In this document: in pieces, positions 1-8,046 of the stretch
Position numbering within the stretch: position 1 is the first letter of the stretch
How the letters are laid out: every line of letters begins with the position of its first letter
IMG/VR virus record: IMGVR_UViG_3300033388_005412
Span: 139,295 to 203,294 of that record
Strand: one strand, 5' to 3'
Source of the DNA: a virus
Taxonomy: Duplodnaviria; Caudoviricetes
DNA length: 64,000 bases
Notes under the pieces: model-generated
Told to the model about the DNA's origin: nothing
The model's database searches: none
Seen by the model: only the letters and a program-made list of their open reading frames with translations
Program-made: the position numbers and the translations under genes

Positions 1-627
1 AAACAATGCCGATTCATATATAGAGATACAAATGAAGGAGTAGTCGGAACAATTAAAAATATAATTAATAAAAAACCGGAATATGACATCCAGGTATTAT
101 CACCCATGAGAAAGGGCGAAGTCGGCGTCACACTTCTTAATCAGATTATAGAGCCGATATCCAACAAATACGGAATGAAAATAAAAGATACTAAATATCA
201 CATAGGTGATAAAATAATACAAAATAAAAATCATTATAACATGGAAACAATTGGCGGCCCAATGAATGTATTCAACGGTGACATAGGTGTAATTGAAGAA
301 TATAATGATGATGAGAACGGCGCTGTCTTTTCCGGCAAAATCAGGGGTAACAATTTCATATATCACAACAGTGATTTACCAGAATGTGATCTCGCATATG
401 CGATAACGGTTCACAAAAGCCAGGGCAGTGAATTTGAAAATGTTATATTACCGGTTACACGAAGTCATTTTATAATGCTATCCAGAAATCTTCTTTATAC
501 CGCCATGACAAGAGCATCCAAAAAACTATGTATAATCGGCACACCCCAGGCCATGATGATAGCAATAAGAAATAATAAAGCTATAAATAGATATACAAAA
601 CTTGCTGAAAAATTATCAATTTCTTAA
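1..627 (+). CDS. recD2: RecD2/RecD-like SF1B helicase, C-terminal part (runs off the left edge)
   Basis: Frame open from base 1; DIQVLSPMRKG, GDKIIQNKN, VFNGDIG, LAYAITVHKSQGSEF and RNLLYTAMTRA motifs typical of the RecD2 C-terminus. Confidence 0.93.
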   Translation, partial: KQCRFIYRDTNEGVVGTIKNIINKKPEYDIQVLSPMRKGEVGVTLLNQIIEPISNKYGMKIKDTKYHIGDKIIQNKNHYNMETIGGPMNVFNGDIGVIEEYNDDENGAVFSGKIRGNNFIYHNSDLPECDLAYAITVHKSQGSEFENVILPVTRSHFIMLSRNLLYTAMTRASKKLCIIGTPQAMMIAIRNNKAINRYTKLAEKLSIS

Positions 628-668
628 ACAAAAATACGCCTATATTTTTGTATTTAGGTAGTTTTTTG

Positions 669-1724
669 TTATTTGCCGCAAACAAATATATTGTTAACAG
701 GTTTTAATATTTTCCAGATTAAATAGTCAGCTCTTTCTGATTTCCCATCGAGTAAAGAAAAACACGCTCCGCTCAGTTTTTTATCATGTTCCAAAATTAA
801 AGACGCCTGTTCTTTCCTGTTATCTATTTTTTCAGCTTCAGCAACTATTTTTTTACAATCATTTTTTAATTTATTAAATTCAACCTGCAGATTTGTTTGA
901 ATATTTTTAACCCAGTTATAAAACTCATCCGGAACATCCTTTATAACAGGCTCCAAACTCACACCGTCGCGCATCATTTCCCATATTGATTTCGCCGAAA
1001 CACCTGTTAATAATTTATGTAGCCTTTTATATTCATCGCCCTTGATTTTCACACGCAGGCCATTTAAATATCTAGCAACAAATCCTTCATTATTAGCATC
1101 TAATGTTTTAGCTATCTCGATTAATTCATTCGTGTTTTTATTATATATTTTCGGAATAGTAAACCCATAAGTTTTGATAATATCCATACTCAATTCGGCG
1201 CCTGTTTCATTATTAATAACAGCTAGCAAAACTAAATCTTTTTTATCGCCATAATTAACAATTATTTTATTTTCCGGAAATATTATTTCGAATAAATACG
1301 TATATCCCTTTAAAAATCTAACATCTGATTTATTATTATTCAACCATTTTGTCGCCCAGAGCGCCTGATCTGATTCAAAGCTGCCTCTGGTTGATATGCG
1401 GTTTTTTTCACCATCATTATACAAAATACCAAGTGAGCCATCCAATTTCTCAGTAACGACCGGGATTTCGGCGGGAAGATCCTTTAAACCACATCCGTTT
1501 CTCTCATCCCCGATATTAAAAAATTTTGGAAAAGGACGGGCAACAATATTACCTTTAGTGTCTGTAATAAGACCCCTGCACATACGTGTATAATGATCCC
1601 ATATATTATCAAATTGGCACGCCGGGGTATAATTGAATATCAGTAAATCGGCCGTAGGATGGCGCTTTTCTGATATCAAACATTTTTCAACCCGTTTTCT
1701 TATTTCAATTAAATTAACTTTCAT
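669..1724 (-). CDS. T4 Rnl1-like RNA ligase
   Basis: Nucleotidyltransferase motif I EKLDGSLG, CRGLI..IVARPFPKFFN, TYLFEII, EGFV and RVKIKG motifs. Confidence 0.88.
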   Translation of the reverse strand: MKVNLIEIRKRVEKCLISEKRHPTADLLIFNYTPACQFDNIWDHYTRMCRGLITDTKGNIVARPFPKFFNIGDERNGCGLKDLPAEIPVVTEKLDGSLGILYNDGEKNRISTRGSFESDQALWATKWLNNNKSDVRFLKGYTYLFEIIFPENKIIVNYGDKKDLVLLAVINNETGAELSMDIIKTYGFTIPKIYNKNTNELIEIAKTLDANNEGFVARYLNGLRVKIKGDEYKRLHKLLTGVSAKSIWEMMRDGVSLEPVIKDVPDEFYNWVKNIQTNLQVEFNKLKNDCKKIVAEAEKIDNRKEQASLILEHDKKLSGACFSLLDGKSERADYLIWKILKPVNNIFVCGK

Positions 1725-2782
1725 TGTGCTTGAAATCCGATAACAGGTTTTTTCTCTTCACTGAATGACATATCATCATAATTAAAAAGATTAGCCAACG
1801 ACATTTCGCGATTTACATCAATTTTTAATTTTTTTGATAATTTTTTAACCTTCTTGACATCAAGATCTTTGAACTCCCATTTGGCAAACAAGCGGCCTTT
1901 TCTCAATAACGCCGGATCAATTTTGTCAACCGCAACATTAAATGTCGCTATTATTTGAACATTAACACAATCACCGATTATACCGTCTGATAAATTAAGT
2001 ATGTTAGACACTCCTTGTCCAGAATTAATATCTCGGTTTGAAACAACATTCTCAGCATCTTCCATAATTAAAACCGAATTAGGATGATCGAGCATAAATG
2101 GTATCAACTCAGGATCTGATATTGAATTTATTAAATTAGATGGAATATAAATTATCTGTTTATCAATTAAATGTGTAAGGTATCGTATGTATGTTGTTTT
2201 GCCTGTTCCAACTTTACCATGCAATAACACCATTCCAGAACTTTTTCGGTTGTTTAAATTTTTAACTATTATATCATGAATGTCCGAAAACCCATCATTA
2301 TAATACAAATCAATGTCAATAACAGGCTTATTAATAGTAAATTCTCTCGTATAATACTGATCATTACTTTTACACAAAATATTTATCTTACCTTTATACG
2401 TATAATAACTACAATCTATTTTTTTTATTTTTTTAATTAAATTTTTAATATTCTTGCCGGCCGGGTAATAAATAACTAAATTTCCCACAGAATGATCAGA
2501 TATATCATTAACCACGCCTTCTTCTGCGACCAACCATATGTCATTTCCAATATCAATTCCCATTTCAACAATATATTCAATATCTTTTTTGTTTTTTGTT
2601 ATAGTATTGGATTGCAACACAAAAGGTTTGCCAAATTTATTAATTAATAAATCTGTATTATAATAACCAGGTAAACAAAACATACTGGGATGAAAATCAT
2701 GTTTTTCACAATACATTCGTTTAAATGGTATAAACATGCTCGACCTTCCCAACTCATAATAACCATCATATTTTTTGCACAT
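1721..2782 (-). CDS. AAA+ ATPase with N-terminal extension
   Basis: Walker A GKVGTGKT, Walker B VLIMEDAE, LNLSDG, IDPALLRKGRL arginine finger; start moved to 2782 (MCKKY), which follows GGAGG. Confidence 0.85.
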   Translation of the reverse strand: MCKKYDGYYELGRSSMFIPFKRMYCEKHDFHPSMFCLPGYYNTDLLINKFGKPFVLQSNTITKNKKDIEYIVEMGIDIGNDIWLVAEEGVVNDISDHSVGNLVIYYPAGKNIKNLIKKIKKIDCSYYTYKGKINILCKSNDQYYTREFTINKPVIDIDLYYNDGFSDIHDIIVKNLNNRKSSGMVLLHGKVGTGKTTYIRYLTHLIDKQIIYIPSNLINSISDPELIPFMLDHPNSVLIMEDAENVVSNRDINSGQGVSNILNLSDGIIGDCVNVQIIATFNVAVDKIDPALLRKGRLFAKWEFKDLDVKKVKKLSKKLKIDVNREMSLANLFNYDDMSFSEEKKPVIGFQAQ

Positions 2783-2963
2783 TATATCTCCTCCATGCCC
2801 GTCGCATTTCTTTTGTCGGTTTTCCGTTTTTGTGATATGACTTAAATACATGAAATTTTTTAATCACCGGATTATTTTTAAGTTCTTCCATAATTTTTAC
2901 AGCATCAAATTCTTCGGGCATGCCCCATTTCTTTGTTTTATCTTCACTTTCACTTTGCATCAT
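2766..2963 (-). CDS. hypothetical protein
   Basis: AGGAGG directly upstream; first gene after the sigma70-type promoter at 2980-3008. Confidence 0.6.
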   Translation of the reverse strand: MMQSESEDKTKKWGMPEEFDAVKIMEELKNNPVIKKFHVFKSYHKNGKPTKEMRRAWRRYNVQKI

Positions 2964-2979
2964 TCCTCCTTTTTATAAA

Positions 2980-3008
2980 ATATTACAAAATCAGAAATCG
3001 GCTGTCAA
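2980..3008 (-). promoter_or_regulatory. sigma70-type promoter of the leftward operon
   Basis: Minus strand TTGACA-N17-TAATAT followed by AAAAAGGAGG and ATG. Confidence 0.75.
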
Positions 3009-3221
3009 GAGGCAAAAATTTTGTATATTTTTTTTGATAAATTCACATATAAAAAATCCTATATATACTGAAAAATTCCAATGTTTTCTGAAAATTTTTG
3101 TATATTTTTTCACGGGTAGGTAGTGTTATATATATGATATAACAAACTAATTTCACGGCCCCCCTTCTGTGATATTATGTAAATGATGGGGATGATAATA
3201 CATAAATGAAAAGGAGGAAAC

Positions 3222-3374
3222 ATGGAACATTTCGTTGTGTTAACAAGCATTGAACCCATAACAATTGCAATGCGTTACATCAGATGGAAGTATGGGAAAG
3301 ATGTGCTTGCTAGAGTTGTTCAAGAAGAACTTCATGATGTGATCATGAAAGTAGAGAAAAGGAGGTCATTATGA
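3222..3374 (+). CDS. small hypothetical protein (50 aa)
   Basis: AGGAGG then ATG; ATGA overlap with next gene. Confidence 0.6.
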   Translation: MEHFVVLTSIEPITIAMRYIRWKYGKDVLARVVQEELHDVIMKVEKRRSL

Positions 3375-3637
3375 CTATTTGTGAATCGTTGTTGTGTGGT
3401 GTGTTGGATAGTATTCCAGCATCTGCAAATGAAGTAGCTATGTCTGATTTAAACTATCAGGCAGGAAAAGAGTTCGGGCGCTCATTCAGTGAACTCGAAG
3501 CACACGAGGCCCTTCCCATAGCTAGGGAAATGGCCGATGTATGGAGTGAAGGAGTTGTGGCTGACTCTATCACACTAACGGATATATCAAGAGCCAGAAG
3601 ACTTGATAGAAAGATAGAAAGGAGGCGACTATGTTAA
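3371..3637 (+). CDS. hypothetical protein, paralog of 7551-7862
   Basis: LCGVLDSIPA/LCGMLDAVPA, FSELEAHEA/FGDLEAEEA and DRKIERR/MDKIERR shared with 7551. Confidence 0.75.
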   Translation: MTICESLLCGVLDSIPASANEVAMSDLNYQAGKEFGRSFSELEAHEALPIAREMADVWSEGVVADSITLTDISRARRLDRKIERRRLC

Positions 3638-3786
3638 GCACATGGTGGGTTGTGTGGGTTGTTGGTGGAGAAATAAGAAGTGGAATCATGGACTCATGTG
3701 AGATCATGCCAGTAAATGATGTTATCTCAAAACAAAGAGGTGATCTGGATGCTTTTGGTGACTTTTATAGTTATTGAATTAAACCA

Positions 3787-3848
3787 AAACTGAAGATATA
3801 CAAGTTTAGCTACATTGTGCGGTATTTAAAGTATATCATTAAAAGGAG
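3787..3848 (+). promoter_or_regulatory. conserved promoter/operator-like element, copy 1
   Basis: AAAACTGAAGATATACAAGTTT...TTTAAAGTATATCA then AGGAGG; GATATAC/GTATATC inverted repeat with 29-nt spacer. Confidence 0.65.
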
Positions 3849-3853
3849 GAATC

Positions 3854-4087
3854 ATGAGATTCTACAATCAGAGAGTGGCAACACGTCACTCAAGAAAGTT
3901 GGAGAGACTGGCTGCCAAAGCAACACAACAGGCGGCAATGACTAAACTCAGAGGCTTGTTTGGTGACAAGCAGCCTGACCCAGCAAAACAACCGGTAGAC
4001 AACACACCAGATGAACGTGATTACGCTGCATGGAATCGAAAAAGAAGAATAAGAGATATACATATGTGTCTCTCGGGGAGGTATTAA
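3854..4087 (+). CDS. hypothetical protein
   Basis: AGGAGG + ATG directly downstream of the conserved element. Confidence 0.65.
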   Translation: MRFYNQRVATRHSRKLERLAAKATQQAAMTKLRGLFGDKQPDPAKQPVDNTPDERDYAAWNRKRRIRDIHMCLSGRY

Positions 4088-4112
4088 TGGAATAAACCTT
4101 GGAATGTTGGCA

Positions 4113-4175
4113 AAAACTGAAGATATACAAGTTTTATCATAATGCATGGTTTTTAAAGTATATCACAACAGGAGG
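4113..4175 (+). promoter_or_regulatory. conserved promoter/operator-like element, copy 2
   Basis: Same two blocks and identical 29-nt spacing as copy 1, followed by AGGAGG. Confidence 0.65.
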
Positions 4176-4179
4176 AAGT

Positions 4180-4455
4180 ATGAAGCTTTTTGGAAAAATT
4201 GGTAACGTGGTTGACAACGTGATTGGTGATGTGATCACAAAAACAGGAACGGTTACAAAAGCTGTCTATGAGTCATCACCCAAAGACACTGTAAAAGTCA
4301 TTGGTGCAGGAATGAGAGGTGCAAAGGCAGTCATCAGCACATTGGCCGTAAGTACCAAAGAAGCTGTTGCCGCGAAACTGACAAAGTCTCCGGAAAAGAA
4401 AGAAACACCAGAAAACAAAACTGATGATTCTAACGACAGTGAAGAAGTAGCGTAA
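4180..4455 (+). CDS. hypothetical protein
   Basis: Start MKLFGK at 4180 after GGAGG; acidic C-terminal tail. Confidence 0.65.
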   Translation: MKLFGKIGNVVDNVIGDVITKTGTVTKAVYESSPKDTVKVIGAGMRGAKAVISTLAVSTKEAVAAKLTKSPEKKETPENKTDDSNDSEEVA

Positions 4456-4550
4456 CAACACATAGTCCTGAGCATGACTTATAAACTGCTCAAAAGGAGG
4501 TCTATGAAAACAAAACCTGGAACGTTGATTTTGAAGAAAGGAGAAATAAA

Positions 4551-4778
4551 ATGAAAGATGTTTTAAAAACAATTGGTAGTATGTATGCACTAGTTGGGAT
4601 TTTGTACTGGCCGATTATTCTGATGAGTCTCATCGGTTGGTCTATTGGCTGGGCTAATGAAGGGTTCAAATGGTTCATATGGAACTTTTCGCCGCCATAT
4701 GTTATTAACATCGTTGTGTTAGTAGCTATTGGAACAACCTTTAATATGCTTGTGTGGCTGAAGAAACTTTATAACTAA
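4551..4778 (+). CDS. small membrane protein
   Basis: AGGAG; two hydrophobic segments. Confidence 0.65.
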   Translation: MKDVLKTIGSMYALVGILYWPIILMSLIGWSIGWANEGFKWFIWNFSPPYVINIVVLVAIGTTFNMLVWLKKLYN

Positions 4779-4836
4779 GGAGGTGAATGAAAACAAAAAC
4801 TGGCCCGTTGATTTCGAAGAAGTAAAGGAGAACAAA

Positions 4837-5124
4837 ATGAATAATTACCTTAAAAATTATTGCACAGCATGCTGGGTTGTAATATTGCTACTTCTACCAT
4901 CATGGATATGTATCACCATGGGATGGACGTATGCGATTATCAATAGTGGACTTAAAACATTCATCTGGAGTTACAACACAGAAGAAGTACTATTCGTATT
5001 GGTCACGTGGGTGATGAGCATCCCATTAACTGTGATATGGATAAGAAATGTTATAACTAAAGATGATAATAATCTATGTGACGTAGCAGGGCAACTGTAT
5101 CTAAAACTAAGATCTGAAATATAA
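4837..5124 (+). CDS. small membrane protein, similar layout to 4551-4778
   Basis: AGGAG before MNNYL; two hydrophobic segments; GFKWFIWNF vs GLKTFIWSY. Confidence 0.6.
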   Translation: MNNYLKNYCTACWVVILLLLPSWICITMGWTYAIINSGLKTFIWSYNTEEVLFVLVTWVMSIPLTVIWIRNVITKDDNNLCDVAGQLYLKLRSEI

Positions 5125-5134
5125 GGAGGAGCCG

Positions 5135-6005
5135 ATGAAAACAACAGTGTTAAAAGTTGTTCCGTATCATGCTGATATACTGTGTAAGAACATTGTTATA
5201 TCATTCGGATTGACGCCCGAAAATAAGGTACGGGAAATGGCAAGATGGAAACCTGGAGCAGGCCGGATTTATAACCACAGTCAGTTACAAGTAAGTAAAG
5301 CGGAATGGATCACCATGTACAGGAGGGCATGTGCGATCCTAAAGAAGTACATTGAAGATAAGAAGCAGTTAACGCTAGAAATATAAAAAGGAGGAGAAAA
5401 TGAAAAAGATAGTTTTTGAAGCTTTAGTTAACAGAGCCAGAAGATCATACGGAATGAGACCGATTAAAACACCGTTTGGTATAAAGAAGGCCCGTGTCGT
5501 GTTCTATAACACAATGATCGGACACAATGTATCGAAAGATGATGCTCAGGCTGTAATGAAAACAGCCAGTATACCGCTGCATGCAGAAAAGGCTGTCCAT
5601 GGGGTAATCTTTGCCGGTTCTCATCTTATAACAACAAGCATTATGAGAGACGCGCTGAAAACAATCAAGACATGAGTTATGACAACTGGCTTGAAAAGAA
5701 GTTTGGTGAAAAAAGGCGCCGGCTTAAATTAAAGAACGAAGAAAGAAAATTAAATTCCAGTAAAACATCAGATGAATTTCATCGAAAGTTTATGGATTTA
5801 ATTGTCGAACGCGGAAAGAAGACAAGGAGGGACAATGCGATTGTATGTTAAAATGTATGGATGGCTGAAGTTTTTGTTCATGAAATGGCCGGGATTGATT
5901 AAATACATCCCTTCCGCTGAATGGCAGACATTATGGGCCAACATAGTATGGGAACAGGAACATGTCAGATGGGCTGATGAGTTTGATGTTGAAATAGAAG
6001 ATTAA
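5135..6005 (+). other. three small hypothetical genes (5135-5386, 5400-5675, 5835-6005)
   Basis: Each preceded by AGGAGG-type SD, co-directional. Confidence 0.6.
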
Positions 6006-6016
6006 AGGAGGAATAA

Positions 6017-6349
6017 ATGAAAAAGAAAAAAGCTAAAATTGGTGATATTATCAAAGCATCAAGGGATCTCAAAACTCTTTCACCTGAAAAAAGATTAAGC
6101 AAACTTCGAAAACTTATAGATGAAATACCATCATCTAAAACACCACATAAGAGTAAGATAAATCATGTCATTCCACGGTGCAATAGTCCGCTATTTGCCA
6201 AACCAGAGTGGATAAGAGATAATTGTATATATTCACCTAAATATGGGTACATAATCAAACCAAATTGGATGAGAGATAATTGTCTATGCTCGCTCAAATC
6301 ATTAATGGAAGCTGCAACAAGTGGATTGAATATTGAGATTAAAGACTAA
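6017..6349 (+). CDS. microprotein homologous to an internal (beta-like barrel) segment of the ~650-aa RNAP paralogs
   Basis: LSPEKRLSKLRKLIDEI..KT..K.KI...AKPEWIRDN aligns with LPIEKRLNRIQKLIGEM..KT..K.KI...AKPSWMRLN of 8037; own AGGAGG. Confidence 0.75.
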   Translation: MKKKKAKIGDIIKASRDLKTLSPEKRLSKLRKLIDEIPSSKTPHKSKINHVIPRCNSPLFAKPEWIRDNCIYSPKYGYIIKPNWMRDNCLCSLKSLMEAATSGLNIEIKD

Positions 6350-6358
6350 GGAGGTAAA

Positions 6359-6604
6359 ATGCAAATAATAGCAAATCTGATAATTCCTGATTATATTTAT
6401 GAAAATGGAAAAATCATAAAATATAAAAAATTATCAGACAAACAAAAACAGAATGTGAGAAAACAATGTCAACACGTAAGTATACTAAAACAACAACGCA
6501 TGAAAAGGATGAAACAACATACTTCGATCGACATACAGAAACTTAATGGAGCATTCACTGCATCGGATCTTGAAAAAATAAGAAAAATAAAGGAGGTAAA
6601 ATGA
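6359..6604 (+). CDS. microprotein homologous to the N-terminus of the RNAP paralogs
   Basis: MQIIANLIIPDYIYENG...KQNVRKQCQHVSIL vs MKIISNLIIPEFICEDG...KQDVRKHCQHVSVL of 32833. Confidence 0.8.
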   Translation: MQIIANLIIPDYIYENGKIIKYKKLSDKQKQNVRKQCQHVSILKQQRMKRMKQHTSIDIQKLNGAFTASDLEKIRKIKEVK

Positions 6605-6831
6605 CTAAATTAGAAATAGAATTTATGAAAAACTCGTTAATTTTCATTAAGAAATATAGTGAGTCTGATAAATTCAAAATTAAAAATCATACGGACTGTG
6701 CTCATCATGTTGTGTTGTTACATAACAAAGATCTTAGTGCAGTAGATGGAATGAAAACATATAAAAAAGGAACAATGAAAGAAAAAGATATAAAAATGTT
6801 ATTTGGATATCACACAAAGGAGGTAAAATGA
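6601..6831 (+). CDS. microprotein with similarity to an internal RNAP segment
   Basis: DLS...YKKGTMKEKDIKMLFGY vs DLS...YEKGLITEEDVKALFGY of 8037. Confidence 0.6.
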   Translation: MTKLEIEFMKNSLIFIKKYSESDKFKIKNHTDCAHHVVLLHNKDLSAVDGMKTYKKGTMKEKDIKMLFGYHTKEVK

Positions 6832-6974
6832 CAAGAAATCAATGGATTGGTTTAGGAGTTGTGGGAGTTATAGGCATAATTGCTTATAAGAAAAGAAAGA
6901 AGATTGCCAAAGTAACAAAGGAGATGTGGGACAAGGGAAAGAAAGCCTATGAAAACGAAAAGGAGGCTAAATGA
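6828..6974 (+). CDS. single-TM peptide, paralog of the N-terminus of 10024-10560
   Basis: IGLGVVGVIGIIAYKKR vs IGLGIIGGALGVVAYKKR; GGAGG SD. Confidence 0.7.
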   Translation: MTRNQWIGLGVVGVIGIIAYKKRKKIAKVTKEMWDKGKKAYENEKEAK

Positions 6975-7225
6975 ATAAAACACGCTCGATCATAGCTGAC
7001 CGATTAAAAACTAAAAACTGGTGGATAAAAATGGTAGAACGGGATAGAGATAGATTTGAAGAATTGTTTATAACTGAAAAAGGAAAAACGATGAGATTAA
7101 TTAACGTGCTAAAAAGAATAGCAAACATCGAATATAAGAATAAATCAGTTATAGATAAAAATGTTTTTATAACTATAAGAGGCATTATCTTAAAGGCAAT
7201 TGCAGATAATGAGAAGAATCAATGA
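6971..7225 (+). CDS. hypothetical protein
   Basis: AGGAGG, ATGA overlap. Confidence 0.6.
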   Translation: MNKTRSIIADRLKTKNWWIKMVERDRDRFEELFITEKGKTMRLINVLKRIANIEYKNKSVIDKNVFITIRGIILKAIADNEKNQ

Positions 7226-7248
7226 GATAATGTATTACTACCTGGAAT

Positions 7249-7503
7249 GGCCGCCGCAAGGCGGCCTCAATAAATAATGAATACTCAAAATCACCAAAAT
7301 CAACAAAACAGTACTCAAATCAGTAATCAAATCAACAAAACAGTACTTAAAACAATAAATCAAATAATTAAATACAAATGTGATGAAATCACAAATCAAA
7401 TAGTATCAAACAATATCAAATAGTATCAACTATTATCTATTATATATAATAGGAAGAAACAAAGAGAAATGGTGTTAAATGAAGGCGGCCGCGGAAGCGG
7501 CCT
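7249..7503. repeat. G-poor repeat tract bracketed by two GC-rich GNRA hairpins
   Basis: GGCCGCC-GCAA-GGCGGCC and GGCCGC-GGAA-GCGGCC flank AATCAACAAAACAGTACT x2 and TCAAATAGTATCAA x2. Confidence 0.7.
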
Positions 7504-7550
7504 TGAACCGATTGTCATATAGTAAAATATGAACAGCCAAAGGAGACAGA

Positions 7551-7862
7551 ATGTCAGAACAAGAACTGAGATTATGTGGAATGTTGGATGCTGTACCTGC
7601 CCGGTTGGGATGGGTATTTCAAAAGGATGCCGATTTGGTAGCCAGAGAGGAGTATCACAGAGAGTTCGGCGATTTGGAGGCCGAAGAGGCGATTTCTGTG
7701 AGTGAAGAGGTGATCAGCACTTGGCTTGTTGGCGGTGAAGGTCCGGTCATGACATGTGTTGGTGTACGTAAGTATTACAATCTCATGGATAAGATCGAAA
7801 GGAGGATGGTTGAACTGAAGCATGATGTGATGCGGGTTGCCGAAATTACAGACACACCCTAG
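7551..7862 (+). CDS. hypothetical protein, paralog of 3371-3637
   Basis: AAGGAG SD; motifs shared with 3371. Confidence 0.75.
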   Translation: MSEQELRLCGMLDAVPARLGWVFQKDADLVAREEYHREFGDLEAEEAISVSEEVISTWLVGGEGPVMTCVGVRKYYNLMDKIERRMVELKHDVMRVAEITDTP

Positions 7863-7872
7863 AGGAGAGATA

Positions 7873-8046
7873 ATGAAACATAAGATTGAATTAAGGACTA
7901 GAGATGGAACAGCTCGTGAACTTACTTTGATCATTAAACACAAATTAAATGATGGCAAGATTATAAAACTGTCTAAACATGCGGTTTTATTCAGGACTCT
8001 AACAGAGTCTTATGTTAAGGCAAGTAGGAGGAAAAAATGGAAATGA
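7873..8046 (+). CDS. small basic hypothetical protein
   Basis: AGAGGAG SD before MKHKIE; overlaps the RNAP start. Confidence 0.55.
   Translation: MKHKIELRTRDGTARELTLIIKHKLNDGKIIKLSKHAVLFRTLTESYVKASRRKKWK

Noticed and set aside
5135-5675. Further RNAP-derived fragments (GRIYN in 5135; LITTS..DAL in 5400)
   Set aside because: Matches are only 5-8 residues and could be chance; not claimed without a profile search
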